DNA of 64,000 nucleotides, taken from positions 4,464,001 to 4,528,000 of the forward strand of contig CM022679.1 of the NCBI GenBank assembly GCA_012295275.1. Reading direction: 5' to 3'. The notes beneath the pieces are model-generated. The model saw only the letters and a list, made by a program, of their open reading frames with translations, did not search any database and was not told where the DNA came from. This document shows, piece after piece, positions 1 to 14,860 of the stretch. Both the position numbers and the translations under genes were made by a program. The stretch is from Chrysomallon squamiferum (taxonomy: Eukaryota > Animalia > Mollusca). Each line of letters opens with the position of its first letter. The stretch's first letter is position 1.

Positions 1-559
1 TTAACTATTGTTCTGACATTGTGGACATTGTGGACATTGCAAATACCAATTTCAATTAATTTACAAACGATTATACTGAAGATTCTATCACATTTTCGTA
101 TTACTGAATACAGTTCAAAACGACGGTAATTTGTAGATTTTTTTTCTGCAGCAGCGAAGATTGGAAAAGATTGTGAGACTAAATTTGGTCTCAAAAGTCT
201 GTTGAATCTGCCACTCGCGTATTGACTTCTTGATTTATTTTACGAATGTCCACGTTACTACGAGTCATTGCCGATAAAAATGATACCAGAATAAAACAGA
301 TTTCCAGAACAGCTTCAGTTAAGAGTGGCTACCACTGTCACTCTGAATGTGTTACGTACAGCGCGGTCCTCTGGCTGATACAAAACTGAGATCGAGTCTT
401 GCTTTTGACTTTGGTAGCTGTATAGTTCTGTAATTGGTTATAGCAGAAACTTAGCTGACTCCGCGCTATTTGGTTTTATTTTGTCATATTTACATAGCAG
501 CTTTTCCATACGGAATGAGCTGACTAGTGCTTTACTGTGTAAATTAATAAATAAAATAT

Positions 560-730
560 AAAAAGACATGGACATAATTATATATTATAATAAATGTAAA
601 CATATTAAAATAAATGTAAATATTATAAAAATAAATGTAAAATATAATGGTGTGATAAAAAGACATGGACATAAACATATCAAAATAAATGTAAATATAT
701 TAAAATAAATGTAAACATAATGGTGTGATA
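560..730 (+). repeat. Nested tandem duplication
   Basis: aaaagacatggacataa...taatggtgtgata occurs twice, each copy containing ataaatgtaaa sub-repeats. Confidence 0.8.
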
Positions 731-747
731 GCTGTATCTGTTGGAAC

Positions 748-815
748 ATGGGGCTCCAGTGGTTAAGCTATTTGTCTGATGCACGGAAAGTAATTGGATC
801 GGTTCTGGGTCGCGG
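748..815 (+). mobile_element. Decayed tRNA-derived SINE head
   Basis: A-box-like ggctccagtggtt and a degenerate B-box-like ggatcggttct. Shares an exact 14-mer agtggttaagctat (758-771) with the reverse complement of 44153-44166. Confidence 0.5.
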
Positions 816-1891
816 TATCTGATAGTTTAAGCTATTTACGTTGGACTCTGAAGATAAGCTGTTTGGTTCGCAGTTGAGTATCTTTACTGCTGTTAGGAAA
901 ACTGATACACGATATGCTCGGTAAAAGTATTGGTCTTATTTCGTCCGTATCATCTCAGACCTAATTGGAATAGTACAATATCTCTGTACCAGTTATTTAT
1001 GTATTTTTCTGATTATTAATTTCCTTAGAGCACCTGTCAAAATGTTAAAGATACCAGCATGACACTATCAGCTCATCACTGAAGCAAAACGAACATCACA
1101 GATGTCAAAACAGAGACGAGACGATACTGAAACATCGGCATCGTCTAGTGTAGATGAAAGAAGCTTGTACAAGTTTCTCCAAGTTAGCCAAAACACTGAT
1201 TTTTTAAAAATTGAGTTTGTATTAAAAAAACATACCTGTATATATAACGAAGTTTAGCTTGCATGCATTCGTATAACCAATTTCATATATGTACATCACA
1301 AATACACACAAATTTACATACATATAAATACTCAAAAACATACGCGGACATGTATATGTACATGTCGACAGAGGTAAATGTGTGTATGTGTGTTTATGGC
1401 TTTCTGAGTATGTATATATGTCAGTGTGGATTCTTTGTATGTACATTAAATAAGAAAAGTTTAAGTGAACCTAAAAAAAGATGAAAACAAAATAAACAGA
1501 AATAAAGAAAACGAAAAAAAAAAGATAACAAAGAGATAGAGAGATATGTGCAGAAAGACAGACAGACATACAGATAGATATTACTTTGTAAAATACAAGT
1601 AAAATACATTGCTAAGAAGCGATGACTTGGTAAAGGTGTCAGTTTATGGTTTGTTCTAACATATGTCTGGACCCCGAGTGCATTTTCTGACTGGATAGTT
1701 TCAAATTATTGGTTAATTCTAGTTTCCATCAGCCAAATCAGATACAGTATGAGTCATATATTTATATATATGATGTGTGTATATTTGTGTATGTGTGGAT
1801 GGATTGATGGATGGATGGATGTTATGTATGTATGTACGTATCATTGTGCATGTATCACTCTGCGTGTGTATTACTGGGTTGTATAGGTCTT

Positions 1892-2004
<113 letters not shown>

Positions 2005-2815
2005 AATGTTACTGAATTACAGATCATCAATAAAATTGTATTATTGCTTCCATTCTACTGAGGAGAAATTAGTGATAACTGAAAATGATGTACTTTGTAA
2101 TGGTGACGACAGCAGTATTAGAGTGAGCTCCGGGTATCGACAAAAATAACCCAAAACACGGCCATTTATAATGAAGGGTGGTGTTATGATATGAAATTAT
2201 TTTCTTCATAATCTGGTGACGACTACTATGATGATAATGATAACGACGATGACGCCGAATATGATGATGATAGTGATGATGATAATGATTATGATAACAA
2301 TGTCAAACTGAAGATAACAATGATTGCAAATACAGAAACCAGACTGAGCCTATGAATGTCTTTTTACTGAATAATTTCATTTTCATGGAAGAATGAAAAA
2401 TATTCTGACAAATCACACTGATTTATTGGTATTATACTTGAAGGCAATATTACTTAATAACGAAAGCTGCCAGAGAATAAAATATCTTTGAAAAAAACGA
2501 ACAATCTGAAAGTCATCACAGTATTTTATTATTAAAGCATCAACCCAGGATATGAATCAATGTGATGTTTTTTTTTTACCCAATTAGAAATCTGTTTAAG
2601 CGCGCCTGCCTTGGGCAGATATTCATACTACATCATTACTAGTTAAAGTTTTCACATTTTATTTGAATAGTTAATATATTTAGATTAATCTTTCCAAATG
2701 AATGTGTGTACAATATATATATGTGTGCGTATGTATATGTGTGTGTGCGTATGTACGTATGTATGTATGTATGTAAGTATATATGTATGTTTGTATGTAT
2801 GGGTTTTATGGGTGT

Positions 2816-2885
<70 letters not shown>

Positions 2886-3759
2886 CATACATACATACAT
2901 ATATATATATAACAAATTAAATAAAAAATAAAATGAATATAATCGATAGAAACGAAGCAAAGAAGAAGAGAACAGAACGAAATAAGAAAGTATCAAACAA
3001 AACAACTCACACATATACAATACAGAGGCTGCCGAGCTAACTCTGTATGTGTTATTAATTTGTAAGCTTTGTATATGAAATGAAATGAATCAGCCTCGCT
3101 AAAACCTAGAGAAACAACAGCCTAGCTCTCTGTGAAGAACACGTTATGCCAATTAATAATACACGACCCGGCTGTATTCGGGCAGCGGACCATTTCAATA
3201 AAAGCTTTAGCAATTTCTAGATTAAATACACTACAAGTTATACAGCTTAACCTGCTGTTCACTTCTCCGTTACGTAGAGAGTATGTGTGACCACTTACTA
3301 TGAAACGTACCTAAAGTCGGTGAAAAAAAATGATTGCAGCTAATACTCTAGGATTGACAGTTTTTGTTATCATTATTATATTTTTCTAAATAAGAAAAAA
3401 CTAAAACAAAATTTAAAATGTGTGTTTCATGGGAAAGGGTGATTAACAAATTCATAAATAATTTTACACACACACACACATATAAACAAACACACACACA
3501 CACACAAAAACACACACATAAATACATACCAATATACTTATATAACTTCATCCACAAATAAATACATATAATTACTGTTCGTGTAGCTCTGTATGTATGA
3601 ATGAATGTATACACATACACATATCAATGTACTTATCAGTTGTCAGTGTCTGAAGTCAATAATGCTTGAAACATCTTATTTCAGGAAAACATCTTTGTTG
3701 ATTATAACAAACCGGTCCTTTACTTCTGCAATATCTACAAGTGCTAAATGCTTACACTA

Positions 3760-4330
3760 ATTCACTGAATGTTTTTACGCGCAGCCCACTCTTCTTCTTC
3801 TCCCTGCCTGCGTCATCCTGTCTCCTACATCATCGCTTATTCAGCTTCCCTGAACTTCGCCTGACATGGCGGCCGCACCGGCCGATTCATAATTCACTTT
3901 AATTGATCAAGAAAGGGCAGACACATGCATCTTGGTAATGGACATCAGCACCAGCTTCTTGTAATTAGGCAGCGGGAGAATAGAGCTTACACCAGTTACC
4001 AGCATGTGTCAGAGACGATAACCACCAGTGCTACTCCACGACAATGCATGGTAGCATATTGGTTGTTTGCGGTAGAGTTCGGTGACTCTTTAAATTGGTC
4101 CCAGACACGGGTAAATGGGTGGTGAAATGACGTGGTTGTTTTTTTCGTCAATGCGGAGGCCGTTGTAAACTGGTACTTCAAGAACAACGGTTGTAATATG
4201 TTGGTTATTTTGCGGCAGAGTTTGGTGATTCTGTAAATTGGTGCCAATCTACAATGGTGGTTTTTAGCATTTCGGTTATCTTGTGAAAACCGTTAGAATA
4301 TGTTAATTCCGTTAATGTGTTAAAACCATA
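3760..4330. promoter_or_regulatory. CpG-retaining non-coding island, enhancer-like
   Basis: Higher GC and CpG than its flanks, a YY1-like acatggcggc at about 3865, TAAT motifs, an internal hairpin and a direct repeat. No credible ORF. Confidence 0.35.
4059..4246 (+). repeat. ~45 bp diverged direct repeat (4059-4103 and 4201-4246)
   Basis: ttggttgtttgcggtagagttcggtgactctttaaattggtccca vs ttggttattttgcggcagagtttggtgattctgtaaattggtgcca. Confidence 0.85.
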
Positions 4331-7084
4331 TGCTTTCGAAAAGTCGACGAAATAACATAGAACAAACTGCTGCTACAGTTACTTGAAGAGGATTTTGTAG
4401 TATTAGCAGCAATAGTAGTAGCAGTAGTAATATAGTAATATGACAGATTTAGGTAAACAGAAAGACAAACAGACAGATAGATACAAAGAAGCTGAAAATC
4501 GCACTTCTCTTAAAAATAAAATACATACAAATAAAATTTAACAAATGAACCATATGTATAGATATACTAGAGTCCAAAAACAAGTTTCTTTTTAACACTG
4601 TATTGACCCGTCAACGAAAATAACGCCACCAGTCTCAAGCGCTGACATTTATAAGCAATACATTTCAACGTTAAAACTGACTCAGACGTGCAGCGCATGC
4701 AAACCAGATTACTCGCTCTTGCATCTTTATGCGTGGCTGTTAACAAGCGAAACGCCAAGTTGAGATCGACTGCAATAAATCGCACTAAACGTATGGTGAT
4801 TTCAATGTGTGCGACATTTAACACAACTGCCAACACATATAATGTCTTTTCACCCATTTGCTTTTTCTTCTTTTTTTTTCAATTTTTTTTTTTTTTTTTT
4901 TTTTTTTTCCACGCCACATTTGTTACAGAAATAATTGTGAAGATTCTCTCGCTTCAAAATCATATTTCCTTTTAGGACGGCGTGAAGAAATGCTTATAAA
5001 AAAAAAAAAAATGCCGTAAATATTTTAAACACAGGTTAGAGAGATATGTTTTTTATCTGTTAAGATATTTGTGGTTTGTAGAAATGAAACAAACTGCAGA
5101 TATAACTAAACATTACGAATATAATTATGTCTGCATGGGTGCGTTTATGTACATACATACATAGATACAATCACACGTATAAATGTACAAGGAAACATTA
5201 CTACTAATACTACTACAACCACTACTACTATTATTATTGTTGTTGTTGCTGTTGTTGTTGTTACTGTTGTCGATACCACATGATTGTATATCAAAGACAA
5301 TGGTACGTATTGTCAAGCTGTAGGAAACTTATTCTTGGAAGATTATTTGACAGAAACACAAAATTCTTTACATCCATTTGGATTTGACAGAAAATTAATC
5401 TGTACGACGTTGATGTTAAAGAAAAATATTATTTGTAAATTTTTTTACAGAGCGATAATAATAACGAAACCAAAATAGAATAGATTATTTTGAACTATAA
5501 TTGTACGTGTTTACCCGAGACAAGTTTTTTGACAAGTTTGACTGTATATTCAAAATAATTTCTGTAGAGTTAACAAAAGTAATATTCGAGAATGATTTAT
5601 TATTTATTCTATTGTCGACAGCTGAAACTCGCACTTACAAAAATAGTAAAAAAATAAAATAGACATTTATACTAGTATCTCAAAATAATATTATTTTATT
5701 TTATTTTATTTTATTATGTTTTTGGTTTTTGGTTGGGTTCTTTTAATATTGTACTCAACGTTAGCCAAAATAAAGATTAAATGTTTTATATACTGCGTCA
5801 AATGCGTTGCCAATTTGAAACTACTATTTAAACGAATTAAATGTAGATAACAAAACAATGTTTGAACATTATAAAAATAGTACTGTAGTATTTTCATTTT
5901 ACGCTGTAGTGTAATAATAATAACAAGAAGTAAAAAAGAAGAATTACGCATTGATAATATTTTACAGAGATGAAAAAATAGTAGTAGTTGTTGTTGTATT
6001 TATTTTACTACTAGTAGTAGTGCTGGTTGGACTGGTAGTAGTATAGAAGTGGTAGTGCTAGTAGTAGTACAAGTAGTAGTAGTAGTAGAAGTAGTAGATG
6101 TAGTAGTAGTAGTAGTAGTAGAAGTAGTAGATGTAGTAGTAGTAGAATACTGTTACCATTATTATAATTAATTCGGAACAACACCGTTGTCACCAGTACA
6201 ATATCATTATTACCTTTCCTATAAAAATTAATCTAAAATTAATAATCAAACGTAATTTCTAATTGTCTTACCTCTGCAGATATATCCAGTCATTTGAAAT
6301 TACAGCGCTAGAGCCTACCTCTTTATAATGCTCAACATCAAACGTGTGGGTTTTAATATAATACAAAATTATACAAATTTGAACACTGCATCGGTGATGG
6401 ATTTTTATATTCATGCGCAGCAAACATGCAAACGCGGGGATTCTTGAGTGTAATAGAAACCTATTGTTCTTTCGCTTGCTTCCCTGTTTTCCGACCACTT
6501 GGGACCCGAACAAGAGGAGAGCCGCTCTAGAACTGATTGATAGTTTGTTAGTTATTAATAGTCCGCGCTATCAGTAAAACCTATTTAGTAAAACCCACTG
6601 CGTATATTGAATAACTTGTTGAAAATCAATGTGTTCGTATGTAGGATGGAAAAGAGAAAAAAAAACAAAAAAACAACAACAAACAAACAAAACAAAAAAA
6701 AGAAAAAAAAAAACGGCAACAAACATAAATGCACAAACAAATATTTCCACCAGCTTTATTATTCATACGCTGATGAAATTCTGATGGTGACATTTTAGTT
6801 CCTGCCAGAAACGAAATTAATAAAAATAAAAGTTAAATAAATTGCCGTTGTTTTCAGCTGTAACGTTTTCATTTGGGAAATAGCAGAAACGTTATGCTGA
6901 TGTGCTTTGTACGGTTGTCTTTGGATAAAATATTGCATTTAACTCGACCGACTATTACGTGGCAGCTCGTGAAATGAATTGCTTCGCAGTTAATACATGC
7001 TAATAACGTTTCTCTTTCTCGCTTTTGTTGTTTTAACTACCTAAGTTATGTTTCCACTGGGAAATAAGATTATTTTCTCATTTA

Positions 7085-7383
7085 TTGTTATTGTTGTTGT
7101 TGTTGTTATAATTATATTTATTGCTATTATTATTATCATCTTCATCATCACTGTAATTATTATTATTATTTTGATTATAATTATTGTTATTATTATCATT
7201 ATTATTATTATTGTTATACCATTATTATTATTATTATTATCATCATGAACATTATTATCATCATTATTATTATTATTGTTGTTGTTTTTATTATAATTAT
7301 TATTATTATTATTTTCATTATGATTATTATGATTATTATTATTATTAAAATTATTATTATTATTACTTTTATCATTATCATTA

Positions 7384-7443
<60 letters not shown>
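7085..7443. repeat. (ATT)n-family trinucleotide low-complexity tract
   Basis: Directly visible. Similar tracts occur at about 20920-21280, 41480-41895, 47250-47380, 48630-48830, 59507-59680 and 61790-61985. Confidence 0.95.
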
Positions 7444-7444
<1 letters not shown>

Positions 7445-7793
7445 GATAAACTTCAAGCATTAGGGTATGAAGAGACATGTTTTCACAACACAACATAATC
7501 GTTTTGTCGATAATGCATCGCACAGCTCCTGGATGTTATGTCGATAACGTGTGTGATAGCATTGCATAATTAACATTATCGACATTATGTGTCGATATCA
7601 AGATGTCGATACTTCCATATCGACATAATTTGTCGCTATACTAATTGTCGAAACACTTTGTTTGTGGAGAAATAAGTTTAGAAGTTTTAAACTTTAAAGA
7701 TATTACATTGTGAACATACTGTCCAGCTTGTGGAGAAGTTAAATTGAAAATATATATTTGTGGGTGGGTGAGGGGGGGGGTGTATGTGTGTGT

Positions 7794-7862
<69 letters not shown>

Positions 7863-9204
7863 GTTCTTACTAAAGTTACTGCAAATCTACCAGTCGAATG
7901 TTTTTTTTAAAATAAAAAGAAAATAAATAAAATGTTTATTTGATTTCTGTACGAGATCTTGGATATCAGAATACAACAGTGCTTATGATGTATGTTTAAA
8001 GTTCAACAAAGTAATTTCTCTTTCTTTTTTCTCTCTTCATTTTCGTTCTTTTCTTTTTTTCTTTTTGTCTCTGTCTCTCTCTCTTTTTCTCTGCAGACCT
8101 CTTTTAAAACACCCCACTCAAAACAAAATAGAAAACCTCAATATTATTATTATTTTCTATTTCCTTCGAGAAATCTTTCACATCCATTTCCTACAAGGTT
8201 TTTTCTCTCTCTCTCTACAGCTTATATCAGACGCTCCACTTGTTTTAAGTGGAGCTTAAAACAGTAATAGTGACAATTTTATCCTCACCAATTACTAATT
8301 CTGTGAGAAACTGCATAGAAAATGGGAAGAGGCAATCCGACTGTCTACCACGATAACCAAATCGACGCTTTAGGCAAAATCTGACCTTTCCAACAATTCA
8401 CTTTTCTTATTATTGTCCAAGTATAGCATTCGTCACATGCGTAATAGGCCACTGGTTCAAAAATAAAGTCAATTTTCTTTTCTTCCGAGCAACTGGAGTA
8501 AAATAATAAAAAGAAATCTAATAGCTTTCTATTTGTGTATTTATATGCATGTATGTGTATATTAACATGTATGTAGATATAGGTGTTTATACTTTATTAT
8601 GTATGTATATATGTAAGTACGTATGTGTATGTATGTACGTTCGTATTTACATATATGTGTGTGCGTCTGTGTGAGTGTGTGTGTGAATGAGCAAGTATGT
8701 ATATTTATGTCTGTATGTGGGTGAATGTATACGTATTTTTAATAATAAATATGAAAATAAATGTATGTGTTTATGTACGTATGTTCATATGTGTGTACGT
8801 ATATGTATGTAGTCTTTATATACGTATGTCTGTTTGTAGTATCCATTTTATCAGTGTATTTATTATGAAATTATATTTTATTGAATAAAAACGTTATTAA
8901 TAACTGAATATAATCATATTCCTGCATTTGTCTTCCTTCGTGTCTATCTGTATATAAGTGTTTAACTGACAGTGCCAGTAAAGCGTGCTTGCACACATGC
9001 CTCAAGAACAGAAACAAGTTAAAGTTTTGCAGTGTTTACTTCAAGAGAATAAAGTAAACAGCTGTTTCAAGTTTCAGTCAAAATATTTGTCTTTTAAACG
9101 AAGAAAACATGCTTTGTTTACGTGCTGCCTCAGAGTTTCTTAATATTTCGTTTTAAATATCAGTTAGTATAAGCTCGCCATGTTTCAGCTCTTAAAATGC
9201 CAAA

Positions 9205-9285
9205 ATGTGCCCGTGGTGGGTTGTGAGATCGAATCTTATTAGTGCGTCCTTCGGGGGATTTCTGTAATAGACATGATCCACGATT
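9205..9285 (+). mobile_element. Possible decayed SINE fragment
   Basis: B-box-like gagatcgaatctt. Resembles the reverse complement of about 61005-61075 (ttgtggatcaatcct). Confidence 0.35.
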
Positions 9286-9361
9286 CCTTTCTCAAAAAAC
9301 TATTTTAGTGCTGTTATGTTAATGTGAAGATGAAAAGACTTAACGTATTCATATATCGATT

Positions 9362-9403
<42 letters not shown>

Positions 9404-10570
9404 ATGTATATCTATCTATCTATCTGTCTGTCTATATATATATATATATATAACTATTCTAGACAGTGCATTATACAGCAAAATACTTTAATGTATGCAT
9501 TTATGACAGAAATATCAGAATTAAACATCTCTACATAAATGAAATGAATCTTGATATGGCTTTTATTAACATAAATATAACAACAAACTTTCTGGCGCCA
9601 CAGTATGATTGGTTTGTTTGTTGATAATTTCTGATTTTCAAATCATAATTCCATTCCAGAAGGGTTTTTATTACAATTTTCACCTTTTTATCATTTTAAA
9701 ACTTGTTTAAAAATGATAAAATGAAACAAAAAATAATTAAAGTATAATGAAACAAATGATTAGATGTTATGTTTTTCTTTACATTCTTTTTTTCTTTTTA
9801 ATTCAGCTTTAAGAATATATATATATAGATCTATCTCTGTGTCTGTGTGTGTGTGTGTGTGTGTATGCGTGTGTAATATAAACTGCATCTACCAATCCAA
9901 ACATAAATAATTAAATAAATGAAAAGAGGTTGACTACAGATATTTCGTTTTTTCTTTTCGATCACATGATTATATCTTCTCTCATCCTGGTTCACACGCC
10001 ATACTGAACAGTCACCGTTTTAAAATCATCAAACATTTTAAAAATTAAATTTTTATCAAGTTCCTTTCGTTCATAACTAAACGATTTCGGCGAGTAAAAA
10101 CAATTTGAGACGCAAGTCACCCCACCCACCTCCGAGTCTTTAATCCATCCTAATTCTTTGCGATCACGACTGGAAAACAGCGCATCTGTGGGTTTTTAGC
10201 TCCGATTGCTCAATGGTGACCAGCGAGATTTCAGTCGTCTGAGATTCAGTTTCAATTTGCAAACTGCAGGTGGAGTCGCCAGGCCGCTTCGTCTTTGTTG
10301 TAAACACTAAATTCATTAAGCTGTGCAAACCCAAACACTTTAAGAGTCTAACAAGTTGAACAAGCATTAAGTGTTGGCAGTGCTATTTAATGAGACGTTT
10401 GCCCCCACCAAAAAAAGAACCTTTCAGCCGTCGGCTCGCTGCAAGGAAGCAATTTGTGTCGACGCTATCAAGCCATTAGGCAAGTTTAGCCAACCACTTC
10501 TGCCGTTTTGCTCTCCACCATTCGTCTACGAGCACCAAAATATGTTTTTTTTTTTAACTAATTGAACGGG

Positions 10571-10612
<42 letters not shown>

Positions 10613-11569
10613 AGGCTACGTTTTTTAACACCGGCGAAATTTCAAAATATTTTTGGCTGCAAACTGAAGGTCAGCCGCGCAGATCTGAGATTGTTATATG
10701 TGTGTTCACACAGTCAGTTTTCATTCCGCGATATTTAATGTTATTTTCAAGAGATTTAGATAGGATAAACGCAACGTCGGGCTTTTTAATTAAATTCTGT
10801 CTGGCGCAGAATGCTGTGGTTTATTAAATGGTTTACGACTGCGCTATTTAAAGAAGTATATTATCACAACGAGCTTCTTCTGACAGTGTCGGGGGAATAG
10901 AACTTCGCAACTTAACACCAGTTTAAATTTAATGACGCTACAACAAACATCAGTTTAAGTCGAGTTTTTATTTAACGTCACGCGGACTTTTGTATTAAAC
11001 TTTATTACGTGTGACTCATGCCAATTTTTAGTCTTGTTTTCGCAAGAAAACCTACTATCTACACAAAATAATGTGTAAGCATTACTTATTCCCATAAAAA
11101 GGTAATAATAATGTATATTAAAATATGTTCTCTTAGGCAGAAAAAAAAATGTATACGATGGTTATGATGCAACAAGTTTTAGAACCCTAATTTATAGATG
11201 TTTTCCAATGAGGTACTGAGAAGGTTGGAATCTGTAGCCCGTTATTGTTAAAATGTAAAAATGAAAGTATTTCCTTAGTTTGAATCGTGTATTTGAGAAA
11301 AGTATTTAATTTGTACAGAAAAAAATATATTAGAATAATCCAATAAGGTATTTGATACGAAAATCACTACTGTCACCAACATCTTTCATTACTGCTACTA
11401 TTCTTAATGCTACCACTGCTACTGCTGCTGCTACACCTACTGCTACTGCTATTGCTACTCTGCTGCTGTTGCCACTACAACAACAACAACTACGACTACT
11501 ACTACTACCTGTTTTTGTTCTTGCCCTGGATTATCAACAACAACAAAAATTAAAAAAATAAAAAAATTA

Positions 11570-11622
<53 letters not shown>

Positions 11623-11719
11623 CAACAATAATAATAATAACAATAACAAAAGACGAAGAAGAAAATAAAAGGTGAATCTATCTAGTAAGTCTTAACGATA
11701 ATACTTTCGTTCATTGTCG

Positions 11720-12085
11720 AACAACGCGGCGAAATTTAGGCACAATTTTCAACTACGTAGAAAAAATAGCGTGAAAGTTGTCCATCACGCCCCGTAAAAA
11801 GAGATGTTTCTCCTTTTCTTCGAGTGTCACCTCCGTGGCCGGCGTTCCACTGACCCGTTTATTTCTCTGTGTCGTTTGCTGCTGTGTTGTGCAAATCACG
11901 CAACACATTAAATTAATTGAATCTGCCACGACCACCGACACGAACTGAATTATCAAGATGGCGGATGACGACGCCAGTTGAAGGCTTCTCGCGTGTTCGG
12001 CTGAATTCATAGTGTTGCCGTCACACGACCACCTTCTTTTTTCTCTGTCGTTGAGGCCGGGGCAGCTGTAGTTAGTCACTCGCTT
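11720..12085. promoter_or_regulatory. CpG-rich non-coding island
   Basis: Dense CpG, a YY1 consensus caagatggcgg at about 11954-11964, and homeodomain-type attaaattaatt. Confidence 0.35.
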
Positions 12086-12210
12086 TGAACAGTGGGTAAC
12101 AGTGGGTTTAAGTGTTTCGTGTTGTTAACCTATATAAAGTCTGGGGGCGTTAATAATCTGCTCAGTTGTGGACTTTTGTTAAGATTAATAATTCATTACA
12201 ATTACAGTTA

Positions 12211-12308
12211 TTCTAATTCCACATGATGATGATGATGATGATGATTGTTATTATTCTTACTGTTGATGTTATTGTTATTATTTTATTTAAACATTTGACA
12301 CAAAATAC
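12211..12308 (+). repeat. Dispersed or locally duplicated segment, copy 1 (copy 2 at 14787-14860)
   Basis: Both copies share ttct.attccacatga...ttactgt...tatttaaacatttga.acaaaatac and are followed closely by (TA)n. Confidence 0.75.
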
Positions 12309-12699
12309 TTTAAAAATATATATATATATATATTACATATACTCTGCAAAGCATTATACATTTATTGTTTTGATCATAAGAGTATATTACTTATGACTAA
12401 GATTTACATTCACATGTCTATAGCTTATTACGAACAATTCGAGATACCAGAACTTTCGACTTACGTGTATTTTACAGTGTTGTGTTACAACTAATTCACC
12501 AGCAGTGTTATCTACCTGACTATGTAATCCTGTCAAGTCAGTGATAGCTCGCTTCAACACTAAGCCATACAGCAAAAACAGACAGAACCAAAGTGTAAAT
12601 GTTTCTACCACTTGTATGTAAAGAACTGCTTAGCCATAGCTATAATACTCATCTTCACACTTTTCAATCTGTATTTTTTATAATACGTACCTTTATATG

Positions 12700-13030
12700 T
12701 ATGTACATACATACATACATACATGCACCCAGCCATCCATCCATCCATCCATACAGACACACAAACACACACACATACATATATACATACATATATACAC
12801 ACATACATCCATACATATACACACACATACATCCACACATATTCACACACATACATACATACATACGCACTCACACACATGCATACATACAAATACACAC
12901 ACACATACATACATACATACATACATACATACATGCATGCATATATATACACACACATACATACATTCATATAAATGCATGTGTGTGTTTTTGTGTGTGT
13001 GCGTGTGTGTGTGTGAGTGTGTATGTGTGT
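12700..13030. repeat. (CATA)/(CA) degenerate microsatellite
   Basis: Directly visible. Similar tracts occur at about 26640-26910, 28090-28290 and 36545-36750. Confidence 0.95.
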
Positions 13031-13236
13031 TTATGTGGGGGTGTGTAATTGAATCCTTACGATTTTGTTGTTATTATAATAATTTGTGACAAAGACTGGT
13101 AGTTAATTTCAAAGGTTTATAAAAAATATAGTGACGTTTCCCTGTTCATGTCACCAAAGATACATTTGAAGATTCTGAAATGATAAAAACTAAATGCATG
13201 ATGAAAACAAAAGTTGACTTTTACTTTTCTCTCTGT

Positions 13237-13320
<84 letters not shown>

Positions 13321-14786
13321 TTTTGTTGTGAATTGTCTTCTCATAATCACAACTATACACTGTGAAGGAAGGAAAAGAGCGATCTTTTTATTGTCATCTC
13401 GCTTTTATGTATTATTCAAGTAATTTATTGTTAGCAAAGTTTGGTGTTTCTTATTAATAAAATAAAAAAATAAAACTATCATTTAGAAGAATGCAAAATA
13501 AATGTTGTGTGTTTGTTCTTATCACTCAATAGATACACTCTAAGATTAAAAAATACATCAAATTCGGGAGTACTTCATCAAGACAGATGAAATTTGAAAA
13601 TAAATTTGCTTTCTTTCTTTCCAATGACATTTTGTTTTTCTAATCATCTTTTGTAAACTGTTTCTGTAATTTACAAGTGCCAGTAGTCTTGCAGTTATGA
13701 AAATAATAATAATAATAATGAGGATGATGGTGATAATAATGATGATGATAATGATGAAAATGATGATAATAAACATCAATATTTGTTCTTGTTTTTGTTT
13801 TGTTTTTTGTTTTTTGTTGGTGGGTTTTTTTTTATTGTTGTTGTTGTTGTTTTAGACATTTATTTATAAGAAGAAAAACAAAATGAAGAAAAAAATATTT
13901 TTAACAAAAATATATAATGTTCACTTCCAATCGTCCAGGGTGTAATTTGACTGTTTCTGACAGGATTCATCTGTCAACGAGATGACAACTGTTTGGAGAG
14001 AGGGAGTCGAGCGGAGCAGCCATCTTTCAGCACAGCAATCTCACTGGGTGCTTAACCTCCGCGTCTCAATCAGCCGCATTCATATGTGCAAACAATCTCA
14101 CAGCGCAAAAAACGAGAGCATTAGATGACGCTATAAAATGCAGTGTTCGTACGAAAGCCATTTGGCAGACGGAAAACGAATTACTCCTACTTCTTCATTT
14201 TTCTTTTTTTCTCTTCAACTCTCTGATTTTTTTTTTCCTTCAACTTTTGTGTATTTTTCTTCTTTAAATTTATTTTCTTTTATTTTCTTGATTTTTTTTT
14301 TATTTTTTTTATTTTTGTGTATGAAAATAAATAAAAATTTGTTCCTCGTTTACTTTCAAATTTTTCGTTTTAAGATTCGTTGCAGTAAAGCTCGGTAATC
14401 AGCCCACACCGAAGCGATGAGAGTTACCCGCCCTGAGTAAAAAGCATCACTTGTTGATGTTAATTGGTTCTCGACGGACCAGTAACCCTGACGTAATTGA
14501 AATGATAAAAGAGCAACAAGAGTAAATGAGGGAAACTTACGTAAATTTTGTCAGGATTTCGACAATAGATGTGTATCGAAAGCGATCGACTAACGACAGT
14601 GGATTTTAACACGGGTCACGGCCAGAATTGAAATAAACTGTCAGTGACCCATTCATCTTCTCCTAACTTACCAAAAATCAATACAGGTGAATACCAGATC
14701 GTTAGCCATCCATTTACCTGCCTGTTGTAATTTAAAATCTATACAAGAACACAGAGGAATAGTTCTGCATTTAGTAGACGGTTAGC

Positions 14787-14860
14787 TTCTGATTCCACAT
14801 GACCTTGATGATTATTACTGTCGTTGTTTTATTATTATTTAAACATTTGATACAAAATAC
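14787..14860 (+). repeat. Dispersed or locally duplicated segment, copy 2
   Basis: Matches 12211-12308 but lacks the (GAT)n expansion seen there. Confidence 0.75.

Noticed and set aside
748-815. Intact tRNA gene
   Set aside because: The B box is degenerate and there is no cloverleaf, so it fits a SINE relic better.
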